64,000 nt of DNA from positions 16,740,001-16,804,000 of the forward strand of contig JBITNC010000001.1 in the NCBI GenBank assembly GCA_050084985.1, given 5' to 3'. Of this stretch, positions 40,101 to 52,100 are shown piece by piece. Origin of the DNA: Nageia nagi. Lineage: Eukaryota > Plantae > Pinophyta. Positions within the stretch are counted from its first letter, which is position 1. Every line of letters starts with the position of its first letter. A program made the position numbers and the translations under genes. Under the pieces are notes generated by a model. It searched no databases. It saw only the letters and a program-made list of their open reading frames with translations, and was not told the DNA's origin.

Positions 40101-43100
40101 GAGTCTTCCGCTCTAACGGCTCAACCGCTAAACCTCAACCACGACAATCCGCTCAAAAAACTGATTCTAGCGAAGCACGATCTCAGAAGGGCAGTTATGA
40201 AATAGGTGCTGCCAAACCCAAACGTTTGTGCACTCACTGTGGTGAGACAAGCCATACAAAGGCACGGTGTTATGACTTAATTGGCTATCCAGATTGGTGG
40301 GATCCAGCAAAGGCACCGCGCAAGCGCAATTCAAAGCCAAATCACCAAGCTGCTATTGCTATGACCAAACCTTCTAATGGTGGTGCAGAAACTTCTTCTT
40401 TGATTGCTACTTCAGGTAACATTGGTAAGGATTTCCATACTTCTGCATCAGATTGTAGTAGTAGTACATGGATAATTGATTCCGGTGCTACGGATCACAT
40501 GACCTCTGATAGTCAGCATGTTCAGTCTATGAAATAGTCCACCACACATATAGTCTCTACTGCCAATGGCAATCCCTCACCTGTGATTGGAGAATCTTCA
40601 GTTTCTCTATCACATAATTTGAATCTTGATTCTGTTTTAGTTGTACCTTCCCTTAACCATAATTTATTGTCTGTTGCCCAAATAACTAGTGCATTGTATT
40701 GTGTTGTGATTTTTTGGCCTAACCATTGTGTTTTTAAGGACATTCGAACTTGGAAGATGATTGATTATGGTACTAGAAGGGGAAAGTTGTACTATCTAGA
40801 TCTGAAGCTTACTATCTCACATCAGTTGGCTCAAGTTCTTTCAGCGGATTAGATTGACAAATCCTCCGAAATTTGGTTGTGACACAAGCGCTTGGGTCAT
40901 GTGTCTTTTGGATATTTAAAAAAATTATTCCCAAATTTGTTCTCTCAGTTAAGTACTTCAGATTTCAAATGTAGTATTTGTGAACTTGCAAAAAGTCACC
41001 GTGTATCGTTCCCATTGAGCATGAATAAAAGTCCAGTACCTTTTATGTTGATTCACACTGATGTATGGGGGCCAGCCAAACACCCTTCCTTGAATGGTTC
41101 TCGTTGGTTTGTCACATTTATTGATGATCACACTCGTATGACTTGGGTTTGCTTGATGAAATCAAAGAATGAAGTTAGCTCCTTGTTTCAGAAATTTCAT
41201 AAGATGATTGCCACTCAATACCAATCCCACATACAAGTTCTTTGTACTGATAATGGTGGAGAGTTTGTTAATCAGGACCTAAAGAAGTACTTGCAGGAAC
41301 ATGGCATATCTCACCAGACGACTTGCCCTTATTCCCCTCAGCAAAATGGGGTTGCAGAGCGCAAGAATCGCCACCTACTTGAAGTTGTACGAGCCTCTTT
41401 GTTTGGAGCTCACATGCCCACCAATTACTGGGGTGAAGCGCTCAGTGTTGCAGCTTACCTTATTAACCGTGTACCCTCCACCTCGCTGAATTTTCAGACT
41501 CCTTTTGAAGTTCTTCATTCGACTATAACTGCTCCTACTGCTCCAAGTTTATCACCTAGAATTTTTGGGTGCGTGGCATTTGTGCATCTTCCTAAGCCGT
41601 TGCATGATAAGCTAGAACCACGAGCACTACAATGTGTCTTTGTTGGCTACGCCCCACTTCAGAAGGGCTATCGCTGCTATCATCCCCCATCACGGAAAAT
41701 GTATGTCACCCTTGACGTTGTCTTTCATGAAAATGACATGTACTATGCTATTCCTGAGTCCTCAATTCAGGGGGAGAGACAAAATGAATTGCAGATCTAA
41801 ATCCTTCTTTGGACCAATCGGATACAAGTGGTGAATTTTTGGATAAAAGTGGTGACTGTCCAGAGGAGGCAACCGGGCAGTGTGAGCAACCTGTTCTTGA
41901 CCAACCAGACGTTAGTTTAAATGAGGAAAATATTCAGAATCAGATGGAAGCAACTCCACTTCAAGTACCATCTGACCAATTGTTTTTTGAAGACAATTCC
42001 TTTCCCGAACCCCAAGTACAATCCCAGGTACATTCTGAATCTCAATTCCTTCCAAAAGTACTACCTAATTGAGCCACTAGAGGTATACCTAGAGCTAACT
42101 ATGAACCTGTTCTTAGTTCCAATCCTAAGTATCCCATGAGCATGTATCCTACCATAGACTGTCAAAAGAAAGTGAGTCATTTACGAATCAATTATCTGCT
42201 GTATCTATTCCTACTAACATGGAGGAAGCTCTAGGAGATCCTAGGTGGAAGGAAGCTATGAATGAAGAAATGAAGTCACTTCAAAAGAACTCAACTTGGA
42301 ATGTTGTTGAGCTACCTGAAGGAAAGAAACCTGTTGGATGTAGGTGGGTTTTCACAATCAAATACAAGGCAGATGGAACCATTGAACGATTCAAAGCTAG
42401 ACTAGTTGCCAAGGGGTACACTCAAACTTATGGAATTGACTACATGGAGACATTCGCACCAGTAGCAAAAATCAATACTGTCCGTATTCTTATATCCTTG
42501 GCGGTGAATCTTGACTGGCCATTGCACCAGTTTGATGTGAAGAATGCCTTCTTCTTGGAGACCTTCAAGAGGAAGTATACATGGAGTTGCCCCCTGGATG
42601 TAATATGCAATCAGAAGGTGGAAAACATGTCTGCAAATTAAAAAAGGCCCTATACGGTCTAAAACAATCTCCGAGAGCATGGTTTGGAAGGTTTACGAAG
42701 TCAATGAAGGCTTTTGGATACAAGCAGAGTAACTCAGATCATACTCTTTTTGTGAAGCATAATAAAGGAATGATTACTTATCTCATTGTGTATGTTGATG
42801 ATATGATAGTAACGGGAAATGATTCAGAAGAGAGGAGAGCATTGCAGAACCATCTGGCTCGAGAATTTGAGATGAAGGACCTTGGTCCATTGAAGTACTT
42901 CCTTGGTATTGAAGTGTTAAGATCAAAGGAATGTGTCTTTCTATCTCAACGAAAATATGCCTTAGATTTACTAAGTGAGACTGGTATGACGGCATGTAGT
43001 CCAGTTAGCACTCCTATGGAAGAAAACTTGAAGCTAGGCATATATCCGGATCAAGTTCCAACAAACAAAGAGAGGTATCAAAGATTAGTTGGGAAACTAA

Positions 43101-46100
43101 TGTATCTTGCACATACTCGGCCTGACTTGGCATATGCACTAAGTGTCGTAAGCCAATTCATGCATTCTCCAAGTGAAGAACATATGAATGTAGTTACCCG
43201 CATTTTGCGCTACTTGAAGTCATCTCCAGGGAAAGGGATTATGTTTAAAAAGGGGAATAATTTGGATGTCAAAGGATACACTGATGCAGATTGGGCTAGG
43301 TCAGTAAAAGATAGGTTGTCTACAACAGGGTATTTCACTTTTGTAGGAGGAAATTTGGTCAATTGGCGAAGCAAGCTGTAGTTGCTCTATCTAGTGCTGA
43401 ATCTGAGTTCAGAGGAATGACTAAGGCAATATGTGAATTGTTATGGATCCGTAATTTATTAAAAGATCTGAATATTAAGCATAACAGCCTAACAAAGCTA
43501 TATTGTGATAACAAGGCAGCTTGTGATATTGCCCACAACCCAATTCAGCACGATCGAACCAAACATGTGGAAGTTGATAGGCATTTCATCAAGGAGAAAC
43601 TAGAAGCAAAGATCATTGAAACACCTCATGTCTCGTCTCAAGAACAACTTGCTGACCTACTCACCAAGGCCGTATCAAGTCGAGCATTTCATGATGGTCT
43701 CAACAAATTGGGAATGAGCGACATCTACGCACCAACTTGAGGAGGAGTGTTGAAGATTCTAGAGTAATTCCAATTTGGTATACTTCCGTACATAGATTGA
43801 TTGTAAATATATATATATTTCCTAGATTAGAGATATGCTCTGCTGGCTGACAAATTTGTAGTCCTAAACTTTAGCATTCCAATTATGTATAGTGGCTATT
43901 TATGCCCACAATATTGTAAAGAGCGTAGTATGAATGAAAACCAAGTTTGACTGGAACAACCTAACTTCGTGCACGTTCTTGGGAGGCTGCCAGTCCCTGA
44001 TAGCCTCAATCTTCTACGAGTCCGGCTTAATCTGGCCACGGCCCACGACATGCCCCAAAACAGCACCTCTTGAACTCCGAAGGCACACTTCTCCTTCTTC
44101 ACGTAGAGCTCGTTCTCCCTCGGCAGTTTGAAGACCTGGTCAAGGTGCTCGCAATGTTCTTCCAAGGTCTTGGACTAAACCAAGATGTCGTCAGGTTAGA
44201 CCACCATGCACTTGTCCAGCAGCGGCCTGAAGACTTCGTTCATCATGGTGCAGAAGGTAGCCGGGGCATTGCACATTCCCAACGGCATCACCAGCCACTC
44301 GTATGCCCCATACCGGGTCACACATGTTGTCTTCTCCTTGTCTCCAGGTGCAATCCTTATCTGGTAATAGCTGGAATCGAGATCCAGTTTGTTGAAGATT
44401 TGGCTCCAACCAGCTGGTTGAAACAATCATCCATCCACGGCAAGGGGTACTTGTTCTTCACGGTGAGCTTGTTGATCACTCGGTAGTCGATGCACAGGTG
44501 CAAGCTTTTTTCCTTCTTCTAGAACAGCACGGGAGCTCCATAGGGAGACTTAGCCGGCCGTATGTACCCCGCAGCCAACAACTCAGCTAGCTGCCACTTC
44601 AACTCTACTAGCTTGGGCCTAGACATCCTGTATGGGACCCTTGCAATAGGCTTGGCACCCGGGATCAGCTCCACTGCATGGTTCGTGCCTCACCTTGGTG
44701 GCAACACGGAGGGGAGTTCCTGCAACATGCGATCGACGTTCAGCTGCAAGACCGTTTCTAGCCCCTTGAGGCTTTCACCCGACCCCGACGAACTGCTGCC
44801 CAAATCGTCTTCGTTGTCGTCCCAACTACCCACTAACACCGCCAAGTACACAGGATCAGCATGCCGCTTAGTCATGGCTTTGCACATCACCAAGGTCGAT
44901 ACCAAGTGTACCCTAAGTGCAGGCTAAACCTTCGCCAATGTGGCTACTCTCCTTTGCTTGGCACTCCCTCTCTTCCCACGCGAGGTCCTACCCTTCTGGC
45001 AGTCGCCTGGCCTACACCCCTTTCACCCTTGTGATTGAGGATGGGGACAGAGCAACCCTTGCCCGAACGAATCTCCACCATCTGAGTGTCCAAGTAGGCA
45101 AGGTAGTTCGATATCCTGATGAACTCTTGCCCAAGGATCAGTCCAAAATCATCGATGTTCATGATCGACAAGTCCATCTGCCAGCTTCATTCTCCCATGG
45201 CCATGTTGACATTGCATGCGATCCCCACCAAGGTGACTGCCTTTGTGTGCACATACTTAGTCAACTAGTTGCATCGATGGTACTTCAGCTTGAGGCATTT
45301 AGCCAACTCGGGAGAGATATAGTTGTGAGAGGCTCCTGAATCAAACATGCCCAAGACCACCTCACCTTTGATCACCACCTCTACATACTGCAAATCATGG
45401 AGCGACCTCCGGTCAACCCCTTGCTGCAAGGTATTAAGATACTTAAGAGCACCCACTTGGTGTTCTCCGTCTCCGCCACCCTGCTGTCGAGTGGCATTCA
45501 CCTTCTTGTTCGGGCAGTCTTTCGCAAAGTGGTCCCCTCCGCAGTTCCAACAACTGCGGGGCTTCGGAGCATTGGAACCACCTTGCTCACCTCCCTTTTG
45601 ACTAGCCATGTTTCGAGGCTTGCTCGCCCTCGAAGACTAAGTGGATGCGATTGGTCTTCCTTTCTGTCCGCCATCGGACTTGGAGTTAGACTATTGCGGC
45701 TGCTTACCTTTGCCTTGCTCGGCTGGCCCACTCTTCGACCTGTCAAGAACCCGCCTAAAGTCGTTCAACCTATCTGCAATGATGATGGCCTGCTTAATGG
45801 TCTTAGGATCATGTCTTCTGACTTCATTCTCGGCCCAGGGTTGCATTCTCTCCAAGAAGTTGAATAGCCTATCCTCACTCATGTTCGCGATCTCAACCAT
45901 CAACGTTGAGTACATCTTGATGTACTCCCTGAGTGAGCCGGTGTGCTTCAGGTTGAGTAACTGCCATTTAGCCAGGAGATTTGCATTGCTCGGCATGAAT
46001 TGCTCCTTCAGCAGCGTTTGCATCCCATCCCAGTCCTTCTTCACCTCAGGGTGCAACTTCGCCTTTACCTCTTTGCAAAGGTTCCGCCACCACGTCTTGG

Positions 46101-49100
46101 CCAGACTGTCTAGACACCTGGTTGCAATGCTGACTTGTTGAGCGCTTGACAATCTCCCCTGACCTCCGAGAAACTCCTTCATGTCCCACATGAAATTCTC
46201 CAACACGTTGTCAACTCTCACTGTTGTACGTCTTAGGCTCCTTGATCTTCAACACCTTGTTAGAAACACTTCCCAAACAGGGGCCACCTTCTGCAGACGT
46301 CTTCCCTTCTCCACGCAAGCCCAAGGCCAACTGTTGAGCCATGTGCGCATAGTTCTTGCACAAGCGCATATCCTCGGTGATAGTAGCCTGGGCGAGCTGG
46401 ACCTCCTCTAACTAAGCTTGGATAGCCTCCCCACACGACTCGTTGAGACAGGCTTCCAAGCACACCACCGTAACCTACAACTACCTGAACTCATCGGACA
46501 TTTCTGACATCTTGGACACCAGACCATCCTTGCCTCCTATCCTGTCATCCATGTCGCTGACTTTGATCTCAACCTGCTGCATCCGAGCCATGACGACCCG
46601 CTCCATAGTCCTGAAAGCGGCCTCCATAGCCTGAGAGACTCTTCAACCATCACAGGCTTTGCTTCGCCCCGCGGATTTGCTGACTAATGACCTCTCCCCT
46701 TAGACTTCTTCTGTGTATCCCCTCCTGTTATCTCCCGGTCCATCCTCCTTCCCCGGTTCTTCTTGGCAATGTTGGCAGTCTCAGGGCCCAACCCACTACC
46801 ACCCACCTCGGTCTGCTTCTCAGGGTTGGACATGATCACCTACTGACTGACTAAAGGCAAGAAGCCAAAGACTTTGACACAAAACAACCCTAACCTAGGT
46901 CTTTTTGTATTTTCTGACTCTAATGCTATCAAAGCGGACAAGCTCTGATACCAACTGTTGTGAGGCATGCTGAACCAAGCGGTAGGATGGCTCAACAGGC
47001 CTTCACACAGCACCGAGTCTTCGTAGTAAGCCATCCAGGCAGGAACAGCCGTTTCATCACCGGACTACGCCGCAACCGGACTAACCTACAGGGTTAGTGC
47101 AACACACCACAACATAAGACTTAAACAAATAACAAGTAAACGTGCGAGAAAGCAAATAAGCAAACACACAAGACGTGAGGGAAAGTGGTAGTTTTATTAT
47201 ATTAACGAACTAAACCGTTCAGGAGTACAATACAAGGACCCAAGGCCAACTGACACACCTTGGACTGTGAGTCGGCCACCGCTGACAATGCTCATAGACC
47301 GTTTACATGAGACTAAGTCCCCTCCTAGCAGCCGAACCTCTCAGCAGGCCGGAAAGGCCTCTTCACGGTCCGTCCCACTAGGCAAGTCCGAAGACCTGCT
47401 AACTAAGACTCGGCACAGGACGCCCCTCGCTCGGATGCCAGGCACACACCAACTGTCCGCCCAATTCCCAACTGGCGGGGACGACCCGCTGCCCTACTTG
47501 CACGAATGTGGAAGGCAGAAGTCGTAGACAGCTCTTGCTCGCAAACACGCTTGGCTTAGAAAGGCTCGAGAGTGCTTGAAGGCTTTAACATCAGGAGTTA
47601 GCTGACGAGTGAGGAAGACGTTTCTCCACCATACTTAGGGTGCTTCTTATGATTATAAATATTATTACTTAAGTGTGCAACCCCCAATAGAAGCTGGTGA
47701 ATATCATAAAAGTAATACTGATAACGGTCATGTATCTCTAGGATACTCTGCCATGCTATTATGAACAATTTATATAGATGGAAGACTTTCCAGATAATTT
47801 CTGTAAGTCCAAGTTCGACAGTTTTGTTTATCCTGTATGCCTGGAAGCTACTGTGGGCATATTCTGCAAACTCAGTTGGCACAATACTGTTAATTCTGTA
47901 TATACAGTAGAGGATTTGGGTGGTTTGTTTATGCCCAATTTGTAGTTGATGATATAGATGCTATTACTACAAGCCGATTTCTGTATTTAGTATGGAGTCC
48001 TGCAGTATAGTTATCCTTTATTGTTGCAACAGTAGTTTAGAAATCTAGAAGACAAATGTTCAACTGTACTTTCCCAAGTTAGATGAATTTCTATTAAAAG
48101 TTTTAATACAAAGTTGTTCTTTTACCAAAAACAAGTACTTATTATTGCAAAGTACTGAGATTCTAATCAATTTCCTGGATTTCCTGTCCTTACCTCAGCA
48201 AAAATATAATATGATGAACGAGGAACACGGTTTGGTTTGCTTTCAAGGTCAAAAGCAGCAAGGCCAAGTTTTAGGCTATGTTCATTAGCCAGCTCCAAGT
48301 TGTCTGATAAGACACTGTAGCAGTAGCCCCTTACTGGAACACCCTGCAAATTACAGGAGATACATATCATGAAGAAGCCTAGAGAAGATGCACGATTAAA
48401 AGATTTTGCTCCGTACAAGTACAATCTATGAATACAGATCTTCTGTTTGGCATTGGAGATTACAAATACGCTTCTGTAGCAAGCCAAAAATGAAAACCTT
48501 GTTCATGGCTGCTTTTACAGCAAGGAGATGTTCCAATATATATGGCTTCCGCAGATGGTCAGTGGCATCAGCAATACCATTTTCAGTAATGATGAAAGGA
48601 ATATTCAACTTTTTATAACGGTTGTGGAAGTCAAGGAGCTCTCGGTATAAGCCATCTGGATAAACGCCTTTTCCTGATTCACTGTACTCCTCATTCTCAA
48701 CTAGTTTCAACCCAAAAGATGAGATGAATTCCTGGACAAAGTTAGAGATTAAAAACACACAATCTTCATATTTCTTCTGTGAATAGATTAGAGAAGACAC
48801 AAAATTCTGCAGGCTATGAAATTAGAGTTGAAATTATATAGCAATTGATTAGTACTAGTAATAACTAATAACAATTAAATCAATAAACAAGTCTGCTTGT
48901 CATTTCTACCTGACCATAGTAGTTTATGCCTAGGAAGTCCAGTTTTCTGCACACAATGTCTACATAGGTAAAGTGTGTCATCCAATTGCTGAACTCGACT
49001 GCAGATATATCTAAGAAACCATATGGTTGCCTGAAAGAAATGTGATGTGCAATGCCAATGCTCACTTTTCTTGATGCCTTTTCTCTTTGAAAACTATGAC

Positions 49101-52100
49101 AGCCAAAAATAGCAATACAGTCAGGATTTCACCATCCATCTTTTCTCAATCTTCACATGCCACGTTTGGATTTCTTTTTGCAGTCCGTTTTATTTTTATG
49201 TCCTCAGAGAGTAAACTATTTTGCAAAAATTATTTGAATACAAGGTAAACAGAAGGATACATTAGATCAAACTGAAAATAAAGGTTTAAAGTCTATACAT
49301 ACTGTTCTGTGTCTTTAGCACGTTAAAATCCATCTAAAAACTGTTTATTTTTCTGAGATGAGCAGCTCATATTTGAGATTTGTTTAGGCAAATAATGGTC
49401 ACCCACCTCATGTCGTGAATAGTATCATAAGCTCCGAGATGAGCTGCTGCCATTTTTTTCATCACATTCTTGAAAACTCGCCAAGACAAAACATTTGCCC
49501 CAGCCTGGAATAGGTTTTCCTGAATGCCAGAACAATATTCTGTCAAAGCAAACACATGTGGCTCATTGAATGTTATCCAGAAGTCCACCAAGTCACAGAA
49601 TCTCTCTCCTACAACCCTACAAACAGTGTTCATTACAATCATAAGTATCAAGATATCAAGTTTGTAAATTATCATATGCATCTAAAATTCAGCATACATG
49701 AATTTATTCACATTTATTTTGAATGACCAACATATCATATTGTACATCTAGTCTAGAGATGGCCCAACACGTATGAATGCTGAGGACAAGCTTTTGGATT
49801 TTGCGTATCCATGTTTTTGTGAGTCCATTAGTTTGCAGTGATATCCAAAAATAGGGAGGCAATAGTAGTTAGGAAAGAGTTTGTATAAATTTCCTAGACC
49901 TGGTAGAATTATTACAAGTTTTCCTCCTGATCTCAAACAAGGAAGGGGTACTATGTGTCCTGGAGCAACTGCCAAAAATTTAATAGACACCAGGGTAAGT
50001 CATGCAGTGTGCTTCTCATATTTTCAAACACCAATTCAGAAAAACCTCATAGCTCATAACATGAAGAGTGGAACATCTACATTTTATCTACTGCAGTCTA
50101 TTATGATAGCTAATATCTCACTGTTATCAATTGATAGGACTCCCTGAGCACCCAAATGCAAATATAGAATATCTAAAACAATGCAGCTGAAACTTTTTTA
50201 CATCTTCATCAGGTTCTAAATACATTACTCAAAGGATTCTGGCTGATATTAGGACAAGGCCAAGCACATGCAAAGTGCTCCAAAACGTTGCATGCAGATG
50301 ATATACCTTAATTAGTTAGTTATATATTCATGTATTTAAATTGAATGTGTCAATACAAGACTGCACACAAATGTAGGGCTGGTCTAATATATGAACAATA
50401 GATCTGTAATCTCCTCCTTGCTTGGAGGAAGCTTCCTCAACCTCTGTTGCAAATAGAAGAAAGTGTCCTTACCAGAAGTCTTGGAGAACTGCATGTTATA
50501 ATATGTCAGTAAAGTTTTTTTGAAGAGAATACATAAGAGCATGAAAAGCACAAAAAAATGTTAACTTGTATCGGCATAGCATTGAAGGTAAAAACCACTA
50601 CACTTGAATTCTATCCTGCTTTGTGCCTGGGAACAACATTGATTATCAATAAATGCAATAATCATTTTAGTCTTTTTTCTAATGACGTGAAGTTGGAAAT
50701 TTCAGGTCCTGGATAGGTTGTTGGTTAATATTGTGATACCTGTATTATATGTTTGTGCAGACATACCCCTTGGTGTTGTATTAAGGGCCTCTTTACCATG
50801 AGCATACCATATACTGGGTGGTGGGTACCATGAATGTAATATCATGGTGGTTTGGGTTTAGATGTCACATGTCCTATTTTCTATAAATATGGTTTGACAA
50901 GGCATATTTAGAGGGATATTAGTTGAAACTTGCAGAAACAATCTTGTGAGACATTGTTTCTCATATAGTAGACACTCCCTTGAATAATAAAACCATTTCT
51001 ATCAATGTATAGAGAGCTTGTAATTCAAAGTAGATTTAAGGGGCCCTAAAATTGGAAGGCATAATTATGTGGCTATATCATGCTTGGTCATGTTACAAAA
51101 CATACAAACAAGAGAAGCTTACGGAAAAATATTCTCTGCCTATCATCCATTGCAATGTCACTAAAGTTATTATTTGTAATAAATAAATTTACCTTGTGTA
51201 ATCCAGAAAATAATCAACAGTTTTGTCATTTTGCCAGCCACCATAAGTAGAAGCCCATGCAGGGAGAGAACGATGGAAAAGAATCAGCATCACACGTAAT
51301 CCATGAGCATGGATTCTTTCAATGAACCACCTATAATGATCCAACGCCTCATGATTGATCTGCAGAGCAGGAATTACCAGAAGAAATAAACCGAATGTAA
51401 TATTAGAATATCAGTGAAAGAAAATGTGGATCGGAGGAAAATCATAAACCAAAACCAACTATCCCCTGAAAAATATTTGATAATGGATTTAAACACTATC
51501 CAAATAAGTCTATCATTAGAGGCCTACAGAAACTCACAGCCTTCTCAACACCATCAATAGGCTCCTTTAGCATTATTTTACTCCACTCAATACAAAAACA
51601 AAAAACTGTTGCATTTGACTCTTTAGCTAGCTGCAGCTCTTCATCCAGATTATACCACAAACTAGGCTTCTCCTCTCTGTATGAACAAAAAGATCAATTC
51701 TACTCGAACTTTGTACTTGATCAAAAGATAACAGAGAAAAACATTTACCAGGATAATGGAAGACTCAAGATTGGACAAACTTACACACAATCAACATTTG
51801 TCTGCAAAACCACTGCTTTCTGCTCAGTTTTTAAAGTTTCCAATCCCTTTATTAGTCCAAGAGCTGGATCCAGCTTCTCTCCCTTATCTACAACATTATC
51901 TTGAAGCTCACGATGTTCATGTGGCTCCTGTTCCTTATCCACTGTCTGCTCCACATTTAAAAGTTCCCAATCATCTAGTAAGGGTTCATGACAACTCTTC
52001 TTTTGTCTACTAAATTCCTTTTTTTCAAGGTTTTCTAATACTTCATCCACATCTACTGCTGATGGATTTCTTGTTTTCTGTTCTCCATTTTTATCTGTGT

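Larger units (their letters stand above)
36337..47631 (-). mobile_element. Ty3/Gypsy chromovirus (Galadriel-like), degenerate, split by a nested Copia at 39202-43952
   Basis: About 677-bp LTRs at 36337-37013 and 46956-47631. PBS TGGTATCAGAGC at 46942-46953. gag [16 protein letters not shown], protease [29 protein letters not shown], RNase [11 protein letters not shown], integrase [16 protein letters not shown], chromodomain QEYLVTW..TSWE at about 37150-37300. TSD is ambiguous (catag/catac). Confidence 0.92.

Noticed and set aside
44070-46634. Multiple plus-strand ORFs of 60-170 aa
   Set aside because: Antisense frames of the GC-rich chromovirus gag-pol.
50680-51030. Possible solo LTR in SFR2-like intron 4 (ctataaata at about 50881)
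   Set aside because: No convincing TG..CA termini or TSD found.
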